Origin: an uncultured Thermoplasmata archaeon
GTDB taxonomy: Archaea > Thermoplasmatota > Thermoplasmata > Lutacidiplasmatales > UBA184
Direction of reading: 5' to 3'
Assembly: GCA_963787975.1 (NCBI GenBank)
Contig: CAWBEU010000008.1
Coordinates: 29,583 to 93,582 of the forward strand
Length of the DNA stretch: 64,000 bases
Below the pieces are notes generated by a model. The model did no database searches and was not told where the DNA came from. It was given only the letters and a program-made list of their open reading frames with translations. Positions 46,646-56,009 of this stretch are shown here, piece by piece. The translations under genes were made by a program, and so were the position numbers. The first letter of the stretch is position 1, and each line of letters starts with the position of its first letter.

Positions 46646-46664
46646 GGGAGATCCGTCGGGGCCC

Positions 46665-47405
46665 TCAGGCACCGAGGGCGGAGCCGGGCTGCATTGCTCT
46701 CGGCGCCTCGCTCGAGGCGAGGAACCGGGCGACGAGGCGACCCTCGGCTCGCCGGAGCATCTTACTCAGCGCGGGCGGGCTCTGTCCCGTAAGTCGGGCG
46801 AGCCGGGTCAGCGAGATCCGACGCGGGACCCCGTAGTACCCGAGCGCCCACGCCCGGGAGACGATGCTGCGCTGCCGATCCGTCAGGTCCTCCGTGCCGG
46901 CCGGGCCCCAGTAGGGACGGCCCGAGGTCCGGAGCACCTGGAACGGCATGCCGTCGCGAGTGAGGCGCGCGACCACACGACGGAGGGCCACGTCCTCCCC
47001 GTAGAACGACGCCACCGTGTGGCTCGGGTCCGCGTGGAAGGGAGCGACGGGAGTGATCTCTCCGCCGGCGACCGTCAAGAGACGAGCGATCTCCGCCGGG
47101 TTCCGTTGGCGGACGAGCAGGATGTAGTCCCGAGTCCTCGGGCGCCGTTCCACCAGCTCGAAGCTCTCGAGTCCGTACAGCCGACGGATGCGCTGGGACT
47201 CGCGCGCCAGCTCGGAGGCCGTCCGCAAGGGTCCCCTCCGCCGGACCCGAAGCAATTGGAGCCGCCATCCGCGTTCCAGTCGAAGCGTCTCGAGGAGCTC
47301 GACCTCCTCATACCGCGAGAAGAACCCGCGGGGGATCAGACCGATCGCTTCGAGATCCTCCGTTTTGAACTCGAAAGAAATCGTCTTCATGGAACGGCCG
47401 GGCAA
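46665..47405 (-). CDS. HTH_10 (bacterio-opsin-activator-type) transcriptional regulator
   Basis: The C-terminal LTDRQRSIVSRAWALGYYGVPRRISLTRLARLTGQSPPALSKMLRRAEGRL matches the Bat-type HTH. The start is 47405 or 47390. Confidence 0.8.
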   Translation of the reverse strand: MPGRSMKTISFEFKTEDLEAIGLIPRGFFSRYEEVELLETLRLERGWRLQLLRVRRRGPLRTASELARESQRIRRLYGLESFELVERRPRTRDYILLVRQRNPAEIARLLTVAGGEITPVAPFHADPSHTVASFYGEDVALRRVVARLTRDGMPFQVLRTSGRPYWGPAGTEDLTDRQRSIVSRAWALGYYGVPRRISLTRLARLTGQSPPALSKMLRRAEGRLVARFLASSEAPRAMQPGSALGA

Positions 47406-47488
47406 TGGCCTGGGTTCTCATATGAACCCTCCTTCCGCCGGGCTCGCCGACCGTCTCTTAAATAACGAGTCGCGCTGAGCGAAGGTCG

Positions 47489-48970
47489 ATGGCCTTCCGT
47501 GCGCTGGGAGACTTCCTCACCGACCTCGAATCGCGAGGGGATCTCCTTCGCATCCGCGAACCGGTCAGCCGAGATCTCGAGATCACCGAAATCACGCAAC
47601 GGGTGATCCGGAAGGACGGCCCCGCGCTGCTGTTCGAGAACGTGACCGGAAGTTCCATGCCCGTCGCCATGAACATTTTGGGCTCTCCCCGCCGGATCGC
47701 GCGGGCCCTGGGCGCCGATTCGCTGGACGTTCCCATGGATCGAATCGCCCGCCTCGTACGACTCCGGCCGCCAGCCGGTGTGATGGGGGCGCTCAAGGAC
47801 CTCGGCGGCACGCTCCAGATACTGGACACCCTCCGCTCCCTGGCCCCTAAGCGGGTCAATACCGCGCCCTGTCAAGAAGTTGAAACGGACCAGGTGTTCC
47901 TGGACTCGCTCCCGATCCTCCGGTGCTGGCCCGGCGATGGTGGCCGGACGATCACGTTCCCCGTCGTCGTCACGAAAGACCCGGAGACCGGCGAGAGCCA
48001 TACCGGGATCTACCGCCTGCAGCAGTACGGTCCAGACACGCTCGGCATGCATTTCCAGATCCACCGCGTCGGGGCCAACAACTACCGGAAATGGTGCGCC
48101 CGGGGGGAGCCCATGCCGGTGGCCGCTGTCCTCGGGGCCGACCCCGCCACCGTCCTCGCGGGCCTCGCCCCGGTTCCGGAGGGGATTTCGAACTTTGTGT
48201 TCGCAGGGTTCCTGCGCGAAGAACCCCTCGAGCTCGTCCCGTGCCGGACCATCCCTCTCGAGGTTCCCGCCCAGGCGGAGATCGTCCTGGAAGGTTACGT
48301 GGACCCCTCGGAGCGCCACGTCGAGGGACCGTTCGGAGATCATACGGGCTACTACTCCGCCGCGGAACCGTTTCCGGTGTTCCACGTGACCCACGTCACG
48401 CATCGCCGGCGCCCGGTCTACTTGGGCACCGTGACCGGCAAACCACCGACCGAGGATTCGGTCCTTGGCAAGGCCGTGGAGCGATTGTTCCTTCCCATTG
48501 TCCGACTCGTCCTTCCGGAACTGGTGGACATGAACCTCCCGTCCGAGGGCTTGTTCATCAACGTCGCGATCGTCTCGATCCGGAAGGCCTACCCGTACCA
48601 CGCGCGCAAGGTGATGCACGCGCTCTGGGGCCTCGGCCAGATGATGTTCACGCGGTACGTGATCGTGGTCGACGAGGACGTCAACGTCCACGACCTCTCC
48701 GAGGTGCTCTACCGAGTCGGGCTGCAGGCGGACCCGGAGCGAGACCTGGAACTGGTCCACGGACCGGTCGACCAGCTCTCGATCTCGAACCCTGTCCCGA
48801 ACCTGGGCGGCAAGATCGGGATCGATGCCACCCGGAAGCGGCCGGACGAGAACTTCCCGCGTCCGTGGCCCAACGAGATCCGGATGGACCCGAGCGTGGT
48901 GGCCCGGATCGACCAACTCGTCGCTCGGGTGCCGGCGCTGTCGTTCCTTCGCGACGCTCGAACCCCGTGA
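47489..48970 (+). CDS. ubiD: UbiD-family (prenylated-FMN-dependent) decarboxylase
   Basis: MAFRALGDFLTDLESRGDLLRIREPVS at the N-terminus and EGPFGDHTGYY in the active-site region. 493 aa. Confidence 0.9.
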   Translation: MAFRALGDFLTDLESRGDLLRIREPVSRDLEITEITQRVIRKDGPALLFENVTGSSMPVAMNILGSPRRIARALGADSLDVPMDRIARLVRLRPPAGVMGALKDLGGTLQILDTLRSLAPKRVNTAPCQEVETDQVFLDSLPILRCWPGDGGRTITFPVVVTKDPETGESHTGIYRLQQYGPDTLGMHFQIHRVGANNYRKWCARGEPMPVAAVLGADPATVLAGLAPVPEGISNFVFAGFLREEPLELVPCRTIPLEVPAQAEIVLEGYVDPSERHVEGPFGDHTGYYSAAEPFPVFHVTHVTHRRRPVYLGTVTGKPPTEDSVLGKAVERLFLPIVRLVLPELVDMNLPSEGLFINVAIVSIRKAYPYHARKVMHALWGLGQMMFTRYVIVVDEDVNVHDLSEVLYRVGLQADPERDLELVHGPVDQLSISNPVPNLGGKIGIDATRKRPDENFPRPWPNEIRMDPSVVARIDQLVARVPALSFLRDARTP

Positions 48971-49848
48971 GCGCCTCGCCTCCATCGCCGTCCGGCTGGG
49001 CGCGCGAGCTCGGACGATTCCTCGAGATCCAGAATGTCGGCCTCAACCTGCCGTTCGGGCTAGCGTTCCTGCTGGCGGCGGCCCACGGCCTACCCCGCTG
49101 GCAGACCATTGTGCTCGTGGTGGTCGCGCTGTTGGCGGCCCGCACCACCGGACACGCCTTCAACCGGTGGACGGACCGGAGGCTGGACGCGCTCAACCCG
49201 CGGACCCAGGACCGAGCCCTCGTGACCGGGCGACTCTCGCCCGGATTCGCTCTCGCCGTGACGGTCGGGAGCGCCGCGGTCCTCGTCGTGTGCGCGGCCC
49301 TTCTCAACCGCCTGTCCGTCGAGCTCGCTCCGGTGGCCCTTCTGCTCGTGTTCGGGTACAGCTACACGAAACGGTATACGTCGTTCACCACTGTGTTTTT
49401 GGGTCTCGTGCAGACCCTCGTCCCCGCCGGGGTGTTCATTGCCGTAACCGGGACCCTGCCGGTCGTGGCCGTGGTGGCAGTATTTGCCATCCTGGCCTGG
49501 GGAACTGCGTTCGAAACGATCCATAGTCTCGGCGACCTCTCCACGGACCAGAACCTCGGGCTCTACTCGCTTCCCCGTAGCGTGGGTGCACGCGCCAGCC
49601 TCGGCCTCGTCGCCGCGCTCCACGCCGTAGCCTTGTTGCTGTTCGGACTGTTCGGTGAACTGGAGCACTACGGCCTTCCGTTCTGGGTGGCCTTGGCCGG
49701 GATGGTGGGACTCGTCGCGTACTCCGACCTCACGCTCTCTCGGTATCTGGATCGAGTACGCGTTCCCTTCGAACGCCACTTCGTGCTCGCGCTGATGTTC
49801 CTGGCGGGGGTCGCCATGAGCCTGGCGGTTCCGGGCCTCCGGTTCTAG
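48967..49848 (+). CDS. ubiA: UbiA-family aromatic prenyltransferase
   Basis: GTGA overlap with the ubiD stop. NRWTDRRLDALNPRTQDR (the first Asp-rich motif) is present, and the protein is multi-TM. Confidence 0.85.
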   Translation: MSASPPSPSGWARELGRFLEIQNVGLNLPFGLAFLLAAAHGLPRWQTIVLVVVALLAARTTGHAFNRWTDRRLDALNPRTQDRALVTGRLSPGFALAVTVGSAAVLVVCAALLNRLSVELAPVALLLVFGYSYTKRYTSFTTVFLGLVQTLVPAGVFIAVTGTLPVVAVVAVFAILAWGTAFETIHSLGDLSTDQNLGLYSLPRSVGARASLGLVAALHAVALLLFGLFGELEHYGLPFWVALAGMVGLVAYSDLTLSRYLDRVRVPFERHFVLALMFLAGVAMSLAVPGLRF

Positions 49849-49874
49849 ATATTTCGTTACTCCCTATTTGTTCC

Positions 49875-50315
49875 GTGGCTCGGAATGATACAATTCAGTG
49901 GTCCGGTCCGTGGATTCAGGAAATAACCACTTATCCCGGGGAGCGCTCGCATCTCGTCATGCCGCAGGTAATGATCGGCCTCTCGGCGCGGGACTACAAG
50001 ACCACCAACGAGGTCTGGCGACTGGCGAAGCGCCACCTGAACCCGATCGTTCGACGGCGAATCGGCTGGCGGGGGCGCTCTAGCTTCTTGCGCCAACTGA
50101 TTCTCTACGGGTTCGAGCGAGCGAGTGAGAATCCCGCAGCGTTTCTCCATGAGGTCCGGGAGACCCACGACCCGCTCATCGGGAAACGAGGCCGCTCCGA
50201 GGCCGGTGCGGAACGACGTGAGGCGATGATCGCGGCCTGGAGCGCCTTCTTCCCGTCCGACGCGACCCCGGGCCGACGAACCCGAAAGATCGCGCCGGGA
50301 CGGAGCGGCGACTGA
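49875..50315 (+). CDS. Hypothetical protein
   Basis: 146-aa ORF preceded by an unusually AT-rich leader (49849..49960). No family was recognised, so coding status is uncertain. Confidence 0.35.
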   Translation: MARNDTIQWSGPWIQEITTYPGERSHLVMPQVMIGLSARDYKTTNEVWRLAKRHLNPIVRRRIGWRGRSSFLRQLILYGFERASENPAAFLHEVRETHDPLIGKRGRSEAGAERREAMIAAWSAFFPSDATPGRRTRKIAPGRSGD

Positions 50316-50331
50316 GCCGTTCAGGGGCCGC

Positions 50332-52236
50332 GTGCCGCGTTCTGCCGGACCTTCTCCACACGGCGGAGGTTCCGTGACCCGATCCACGACCGTCGGAGCC
50401 GGGGCGCTGCTCCTCGGTTCCGGCCAGATAGGCCCCCTCCACTTCGACACGCCCGAGATCCTCTGGAGCCGGACGGAGCCGTCGGTACGCGAAGGATCCG
50501 GCCCTAGATCCCGAGTGGAACTCCTTCGGGGCGCGGACCTTCCCATCGGCCATCGGGAACTGACGCTGCGACGCGGCGAGGGCGAACTTTCCTTGCGGTT
50601 CCCTGTCCCGATGCCGGAGATCTCGGGCACGCCAGGACTATGGGAGACGGTACATCCCGGCGTGGCGTACCTTCACTGGCCACTCTCCGATTCCGAGTGG
50701 ACCGCGCTCCGCGGTGACCGCCCCGAGCTGGTCGTGCTCGGCAATGCGCGGGCGCTCTGGCAGGACGGAGAATCGTTCATTCGGGCCCTCACCGACATTC
50801 GAACCCGGCTCGGGGGTTTCCCTTTGCTGTGGACCCCTCGCGTTGCGTTGCCCCATCGCCTGAGCCTTCTCGCATGGCTCAGCGTCGACCTCGTCGACAC
50901 GACCGAGGGACTGTGGCTCGCAGCGCAGGGCACGTACTTCGACCCGGCGCTCGGGTCGGTCCAGGCCGACATCGCCCGAGCTGAACACGCCTGCACATGC
51001 CCAAGCTGCCAGGCCGACCCGGCAGGCTCTCTCGCGGACCATACGGAGGCTACCTTCGCACGAGAGATGGCGGAGGTCCGGATGGCGGTGCGGGACGGGC
51101 GCCTCCGTGAACTCGTGGAGGCGCGATTGACCGCGGAACCTGCCCTGTCCGAGATGCTCCGGTATGCCGATCGCCTCATGGCCCCCTTGCTGGCGGGGAG
51201 GACCCCGGTCGTCTCTCAGTCGAAGCGGACGTACGTGCTCCGCGAGTCCCGCCGTCGCCCGGAGGTGGCGCGCTTCCTCTCCCGGGTCCTCGAGCGCTAC
51301 CGCCCACCCCCGTCGAAACGCGTCCTACTCCTCGTGCCCTGTTCCCGGACGAAACCGTATCGTACTTCCCGAAGCCACCGCCGGTTCGCGCGGGCGTGGG
51401 AAACGTGGCCGCATGCCCCGCTCCTGCACGTCGTCTCGGTCTCGTCGCCGTTGGGGCTGGTTCCCCGGGAACTCGAAGATGTCTACCCGGCTCGTCACTA
51501 TGACATTCCGGTCACGGGAGAGTGGGACGAGGACGAGCGCCTCGCCGTACTACGTGCTCTCGAGGTCTTCCTCGCGAAGGGCGCGTACACGCAGGTGATC
51601 GCGCATCTTGATCCCGCGGAGTATCATTTCCTCGCGGACGCGTTGCCGGAGCGACTCCATCCCCGCTGGACCCTCACGGACGATCACACGACGAGTGCGG
51701 CCGCCCTGCAGGCTCTGAAGACGGCTCTCGACGAGAGCGACGTGGGCGCCGCCCCTCCCTCTATCGGACCACTCTCGGCGGCGAAGGAGGGGCTCGAGGC
51801 GCTCGCCCGGGTCCAATTCAGATCGCCGGCCGGTGAGTTGCTGTTCGCTCCGCCGACCCGCTTGGAGGGCCGGCCCTGGAGCCAGCGGCTGACCGATGGC
51901 CGGGGAAAGGACCTGGCCACCTGGGCGGAGGATCGGGGGCTGTTCCAGCTGACCGTCGCGGGCGGAGCCCGGATACTTCCGGCCTCCGCGCTCTGGGTCG
52001 AGGTTGACCCCGGCGTCGCCCTGACCGGGGACCTGTTCACCCCCGGAGTCCGCTCCGCGGATCCCACGATCGCGCCGGGGGACGCCGTCGTGCTGGTTCG
52101 CTCCGGCGCTCTCCTGGGCGTCGGGGAGGCCGCCGTCTCCGGGTCGCTGATGATCGAGTTGCCCCGCGGCTTGGCGGTGAAAGTGCGCCACCGGGTTCAT
52201 TCATCCGGGACCACTTCCGGCGCCGGACCGGCCTAG
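50332..52236 (+). CDS. arcS: Archaeosine synthase alpha-subunit-like protein (ArcS: TGT-like N-domain, DUF5591 core, C-terminal PUA)
   Basis: LLLVPCSRTKPY (DUF5591 PCxxxKPY motif), a CTCPSC zinc site, and a PUA-like C-terminus GDAVVLVRSGALLGVGEA. GTG at 50374, preceded by GGAGGT, is an alternative start. Confidence 0.75.
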   Translation: MPRSAGPSPHGGGSVTRSTTVGAGALLLGSGQIGPLHFDTPEILWSRTEPSVREGSGPRSRVELLRGADLPIGHRELTLRRGEGELSLRFPVPMPEISGTPGLWETVHPGVAYLHWPLSDSEWTALRGDRPELVVLGNARALWQDGESFIRALTDIRTRLGGFPLLWTPRVALPHRLSLLAWLSVDLVDTTEGLWLAAQGTYFDPALGSVQADIARAEHACTCPSCQADPAGSLADHTEATFAREMAEVRMAVRDGRLRELVEARLTAEPALSEMLRYADRLMAPLLAGRTPVVSQSKRTYVLRESRRRPEVARFLSRVLERYRPPPSKRVLLLVPCSRTKPYRTSRSHRRFARAWETWPHAPLLHVVSVSSPLGLVPRELEDVYPARHYDIPVTGEWDEDERLAVLRALEVFLAKGAYTQVIAHLDPAEYHFLADALPERLHPRWTLTDDHTTSAAALQALKTALDESDVGAAPPSIGPLSAAKEGLEALARVQFRSPAGELLFAPPTRLEGRPWSQRLTDGRGKDLATWAEDRGLFQLTVAGGARILPASALWVEVDPGVALTGDLFTPGVRSADPTIAPGDAVVLVRSGALLGVGEAAVSGSLMIELPRGLAVKVRHRVHSSGTTSGAGPA

Positions 52237-52248
52237 CCGCGGCTGCGC

Positions 52249-52689
52249 CTACCTCGCCCGCATCCGGTTGCTCTTGGGGAGGTGCTCGACCTCGGCGAGG
52301 CCGAGGGCCTCCATCACCGGAGGCACGTAGTTACCGAATCGCCCGCGCAGTCCCTTCTTCATTCCGTACCAGCCGCCGATGGGATTGTCGGGCGACCGGG
52401 CCCAGGCCTCGACGGTTCCCGCCGCGGCGGGTTTTTGTTCGTCCGCGCTCCCGAGCGGCATCCAATCTCCATGCTTCTTCAGCATCGCGTGGAGATCGCC
52501 TAGACATCGCAACTGATACTGCAGGGTAGTGCTCCCGACCGTCACGACGAGCGCCGGCGGTTTCGATGTCTCGTCCTTGTACGCCTGGAACGCCGACAGT
52601 CCGGTCGGAGTCTTCAACTGCCACGGCTTTTCCTTCGTCCCCGCTGCCGGTGCTGGCATGGTCGCCCTCCTCCCTTCCGGAGCGCTCAA
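52249..52689 (-). CDS. Conserved hypothetical protein
   Basis: 146-aa ORF (EKPWQLKTPTG...GDWMPLGSADEQKP...GGWYGMKKGLRGRFGNYVPP). It looks like a widely conserved uncharacterised family. The start is 52689 or 52659. Confidence 0.55.
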   Translation of the reverse strand: MSAPEGRRATMPAPAAGTKEKPWQLKTPTGLSAFQAYKDETSKPPALVVTVGSTTLQYQLRCLGDLHAMLKKHGDWMPLGSADEQKPAAAGTVEAWARSPDNPIGGWYGMKKGLRGRFGNYVPPVMEALGLAEVEHLPKSNRMRAR

Positions 52690-52862
52690 TCTACATCAAA
52701 TGCGATGTTAGAGGTTTAACCTGCTGCGAACGCCGGCCGGATTTCGACATCTCTGGCTCCGTGCGGAGAGGGTCGGCCCTGGCCGGCACGCCCGGCGGGG
52801 GGTTGTCACGAGGGGAAAGGCCAACCCAAATCTCCATGATGGGGACCTCGTCTGGTCGTCGA

Positions 52863-52935
52863 GGGCCGGTAGTCTAGCGGTGATGACGTCGCGCTTACAA
52901 CGCGGAGATCGGCGGTTCGAATCCGTCCCGGCCCA
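52863..52935 (+). tRNA. tRNA-Val (anticodon UAC)
   Basis: Hand-folded: acceptor GGGCCGG/CCGGCCC, anticodon stem TCGCG/CGCGG with loop CTTACAA, T-arm GGCGG-TTCGAAT-CCGTC. 73 nt. Confidence 0.9.
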
Positions 52936-53116
52936 TTTGGTATTCGAACCGCCGGAGCGGCGCGGCTTCGCCCCGCCACGGTCGACGGTAGTCGCTCCGC
53001 GCCCCCTGGAGGAGCAAGTCTAACCCCTGCGCCGAGGTCGGGAGTACGTATCATACGTTGCGAGCGTTTGCGGGATTTCGGTGGCCGAAGAGCCCCACCG
53101 CAAGAGGAGAGAGATC

Positions 53117-53533
53117 ATGGAGGGCAAGATTTCGCAGATCACGCTCGTAGTGACTAATCAGACGCGGTCGCTCGAGTTCTTCACCGAGAAGGTGGGATTC
53201 GAGAAGAAGACCGATGTTACCCCGCCTGGGGGGTATCGCTGGGTCACCGTGGGCCCCAAGGGACAGGATCTGGAGATGGCCCTCTGGGAGGTCGGGTCCG
53301 CAACCGATCCGGCCCAGAAGGAGGGGTCAAAGAACTGGTCGCCGGCGAAGGCCCCACCCATCGTCCTCCGCGTTACGGATTGCCGGAAGACGCACAAGGA
53401 GCTGAGCTCGCGAGGCGTCGAGTTTCCTCAACCCCCCGTCGACTACCCGTGGGGGACGGCTGCGACATTCAAGGACCCGGACGGGAACCTCTTCTCAATC
53501 AGTCAACCACCTGGAGCCTGGCCCAAGAAATAG
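53117..53533 (+). CDS. VOC (glyoxalase) family protein
   Basis: ATG at 53117 preceded by AGGAGAGAG. ISQITLVVTNQTRSLEFFTEKVGF and DPDGNLFSI motifs are present. Confidence 0.8.
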   Translation: MEGKISQITLVVTNQTRSLEFFTEKVGFEKKTDVTPPGGYRWVTVGPKGQDLEMALWEVGSATDPAQKEGSKNWSPAKAPPIVLRVTDCRKTHKELSSRGVEFPQPPVDYPWGTAATFKDPDGNLFSISQPPGAWPKK

Positions 53534-53618
53534 GTGGGCTGCCCGAAGGCACCTCTTGCAGGTTTCAAGTTCACCTGCATGTCCTCTAGCCCCGGTTGAT
53601 ACGGGATTCGAACTGCCG

Positions 53619-53643
53619 GGCGGTGTGAATCCGTCCCGGCCCA
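53619..53643 (+). repeat. Direct repeat of the 3' 25 nt of tRNA-Val (23/25 identical; last 17 nt identical)
   Basis: GGCGGTGTGAATCCGTCCCGGCCCA here versus GGCGGTTCGAATCCGTCCCGGCCCA at 52911..52935. Confidence 0.85.
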
Positions 53644-53687
53644 CTCGGAATCAGGGACCGTCCCCCCCGCTGGGATCCGGAGCGGAG

Positions 53688-54215
53688 CTAGTGCCTCTCG
53701 GCGGTCGCGGATGGAGCGTATTCGCGGCTCCATATCTCAGACAGCTCGTCTCGGCGGGGTTTGTACACGTCGTGGAAGAAGTGCTGCCGGGATTCCAGCG
53801 TCGCGCGGTCGTAGCTCTTCACGACCCGCACGGCCTCGTCCCAGGCGGCGCGGAAATTCCCCTTGGTCTCGAAGCGGGAGGCGATCTGTTTTTGGAAGTC
53901 CGCGCCGGTCTGGTCCTTGTCTCCGATCGTAAAGAGCAGTGTCTCGGACTTGGGGTCCCGGTACGCCTCTTCATCGCCGAGGTAATAGGGCTCCCGAGTT
54001 GCTCGCGGTGGCAGCGGCTGCCCTTCTCCCTTCGGCGCCCCCTCCAGCGTGGAGGGAGTTCCCCGGAACCCGCGTTTCGCCGCGGCGTAGAAGATGGCCC
54101 GGTTCAGTCCCCACGAATACGCAGACTCTTGCTTCAGACCGAGGGTCTGTGCTCGTGCCGCCTGGAGCATCGCCATCACGACAAACCGCGTGACCGCCCC
54201 TCGCCCCCGTGGCAT
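53688..54215 (-). CDS. Hypothetical protein
   Basis: 175-aa ORF. No family was recognised. Confidence 0.45.
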   Translation of the reverse strand: MPRGRGAVTRFVVMAMLQAARAQTLGLKQESAYSWGLNRAIFYAAAKRGFRGTPSTLEGAPKGEGQPLPPRATREPYYLGDEEAYRDPKSETLLFTIGDKDQTGADFQKQIASRFETKGNFRAAWDEAVRVVKSYDRATLESRQHFFHDVYKPRRDELSEIWSREYAPSATAERH

Positions 54216-54234
54216 GATCTCCTCCCGACTCCGT

Positions 54235-55005
54235 TCAGCGCTGCGCGAATAGCACCCGATCCTCGATGTTCTGCCAGACGACAGCGACCGTCCGGAATCC
54301 GCCCCGGCGGAGCGCTCGGACCTGGGCGTTCAACGGCAGGGCCGCTTCCTTCGGGTGCTGGGCTTGACGCCGTCGATGTTCCGCGAAGCTGGGAGCCAGC
54401 TCCGGAACCCGGGCCGCCTCCTTCCACCACCGGCGCCAAACCCCCCAGTCGGGGCGCCGCTCCATCCTCCTCACCCGAACCTTACGGACCCGCCCGGCGA
54501 GGCGTTGGAGGCGCGGCTCCTCGGGTCCCCATGGCAACCGGTCTCCATTGAGGACGACCCCGTTGGACCGAATCAGTGCGCCAAGATCCCGGTACACGCG
54601 CCGCAAGCTCCCCGGCGGCAACCAATGAAGGGCCGTTGTGCTCACCGCGGCGTCGTACCTGCCGGCGGGCAATTGGTCGACCCAATCGGGACTCCCGATC
54701 TTGGTATCCACCCAGGTCAGCCGGCCGCCGTACGATCCCAAGGCCCCCTGTCCGATCCGGAGCACCACGGGATCGTAATCGACCGCGACGACGCGGACGC
54801 GAGGAAAGCGCTGCAGCACCCGCAGGCTCAGAGAACCCGGCCCACATCCGAGGTCGAGAATGCGGCCGGAGCGCCCGACCGTCGCCTCGAGCACGTCGAG
54901 CATGGCGCGGAACCGCCATTCCCGGTTGGGGAGGTACGTTTGCTGCTGCTCGTCCCAGCGACGTAGCCACTCCTTCCAGTTGGGACCGGGCGCACGTCGC
55001 GACAT
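54235..55005 (-). CDS. Class I SAM-dependent methyltransferase
   Basis: Motif I ILDLGCGPGSLSLRVLQRFPRVRVVAVDYDP. Confidence 0.85.
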   Translation of the reverse strand: MSRRAPGPNWKEWLRRWDEQQQTYLPNREWRFRAMLDVLEATVGRSGRILDLGCGPGSLSLRVLQRFPRVRVVAVDYDPVVLRIGQGALGSYGGRLTWVDTKIGSPDWVDQLPAGRYDAAVSTTALHWLPPGSLRRVYRDLGALIRSNGVVLNGDRLPWGPEEPRLQRLAGRVRKVRVRRMERRPDWGVWRRWWKEAARVPELAPSFAEHRRRQAQHPKEAALPLNAQVRALRRGGFRTVAVVWQNIEDRVLFAQR

Positions 55006-55092
55006 CCAGCGGACGAAGCCCCTAGAACTGATGAAGGCTCGGACGGAATCCCCCGGAGCGCCCGGGGTAGCGGGCGGGATCCGACGCCGACC

Positions 55093-55515
55093 TTAGCCCC
55101 GGATCTTCTTCGCGAGGGCGACCAGGTCCGCGTCCGACGGAGTGAAGACCTTGGTGGCCCACCAATCGTTCCAGTGCAGGTCGTCGCCCGTCGTGCGCGG
55201 GATGATGTGAACGTGGAGGTGAGGGACGCTCTGCTCCGAGCCCGGCCCACTCGCGACGAACAGGTTCTCCCCGGTCGTTCCCAATCTTCGTCGAAGAATG
55301 TTCAGCACCCGAGCGGACAGTCCGGCTACTGCCGTCCAATCTGCGTCGGTGATGCTGGCGAGGTCGACGGCGTGAGACTTGGGTATCACGAGACAGTGTC
55401 CGGTTCGGATCGGGTGGATGTCGAGGAACGCCAAGGCCCGCTCCGACTCGGCAATCCAATGCGGCACCATCGACCGATCCTGGGCCATCTGACAGAAGAT
55501 GCAGTCCTCGGCCAT
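55093..55515 (-). CDS. HIT-family (histidine triad) hydrolase
   Basis: HLHVHIIPR histidine triad and the N-terminal CIFCQM motif. Confidence 0.9.
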   Translation of the reverse strand: MAEDCIFCQMAQDRSMVPHWIAESERALAFLDIHPIRTGHCLVIPKSHAVDLASITDADWTAVAGLSARVLNILRRRLGTTGENLFVASGPGSEQSVPHLHVHIIPRTTGDDLHWNDWWATKVFTPSDADLVALAKKIRG

Positions 55516-55634
55516 CGAGGTCGGCAGCGTTCCCGGGGCCTAAATCTTCTCCCGAGGGGCCCTGTCGAGCTGCGGCATGCGACAGTCCCGCAGCACCCCA
55601 TAACGGCTTTCCATGGGTTCCCGGTTCCTCGAGT

Positions 55635-56009
55635 GTGGTGACCGCTTCCCGCTCGCGGATGTTCTTCGATGCGAGCTGCGGGCCCTGCACGTTCTGGGCC
55701 CGGCTCACCGCTGGACTCTCTCGCTCCGGTCTCGAGGTGTACGCCCTCGACGGCCCCGAAGCGGACCGCACGTTTCCCACGATGGCTCCCGAACGACGGT
55801 ACAGCTACTTTCACATCGTTGAGTCCGGTCAAACCTGGACCGGCCCCGAGGCCATGCCGGCATGGGTCGGGCTGGTCGGAGGGAAGGGGGCTCGGACCGT
55901 GGCCGAGAGAGCTCCCCCTGTGAACCGATTGCTCCGGCATGCCTACAACCGCTTCTGGGAGTATCGACGGACCCGTGGATGCGCTGCCGAGGGAGTCTCC
56001 CACACGTAG
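55635..56009 (+). CDS. DCC-family thiol-disulfide oxidoreductase (DUF393)
   Basis: FFDASCGPCTFWARL carries the DCC CxxC motif. The start is uncertain. Confidence 0.7.
   Translation: MVTASRSRMFFDASCGPCTFWARLTAGLSRSGLEVYALDGPEADRTFPTMAPERRYSYFHIVESGQTWTGPEAMPAWVGLVGGKGARTVAERAPPVNRLLRHAYNRFWEYRRTRGCAAEGVSHT

Noticed and set aside
53590-53620. GGGATTCGAACTGCC, a T-arm-like sequence just upstream of the tRNA-Val fragment repeat
   Set aside because: Only 4 of 5 stem pairs form and no cloverleaf can be built on either strand. It may be debris of a recombination junction but cannot be called a tRNA.
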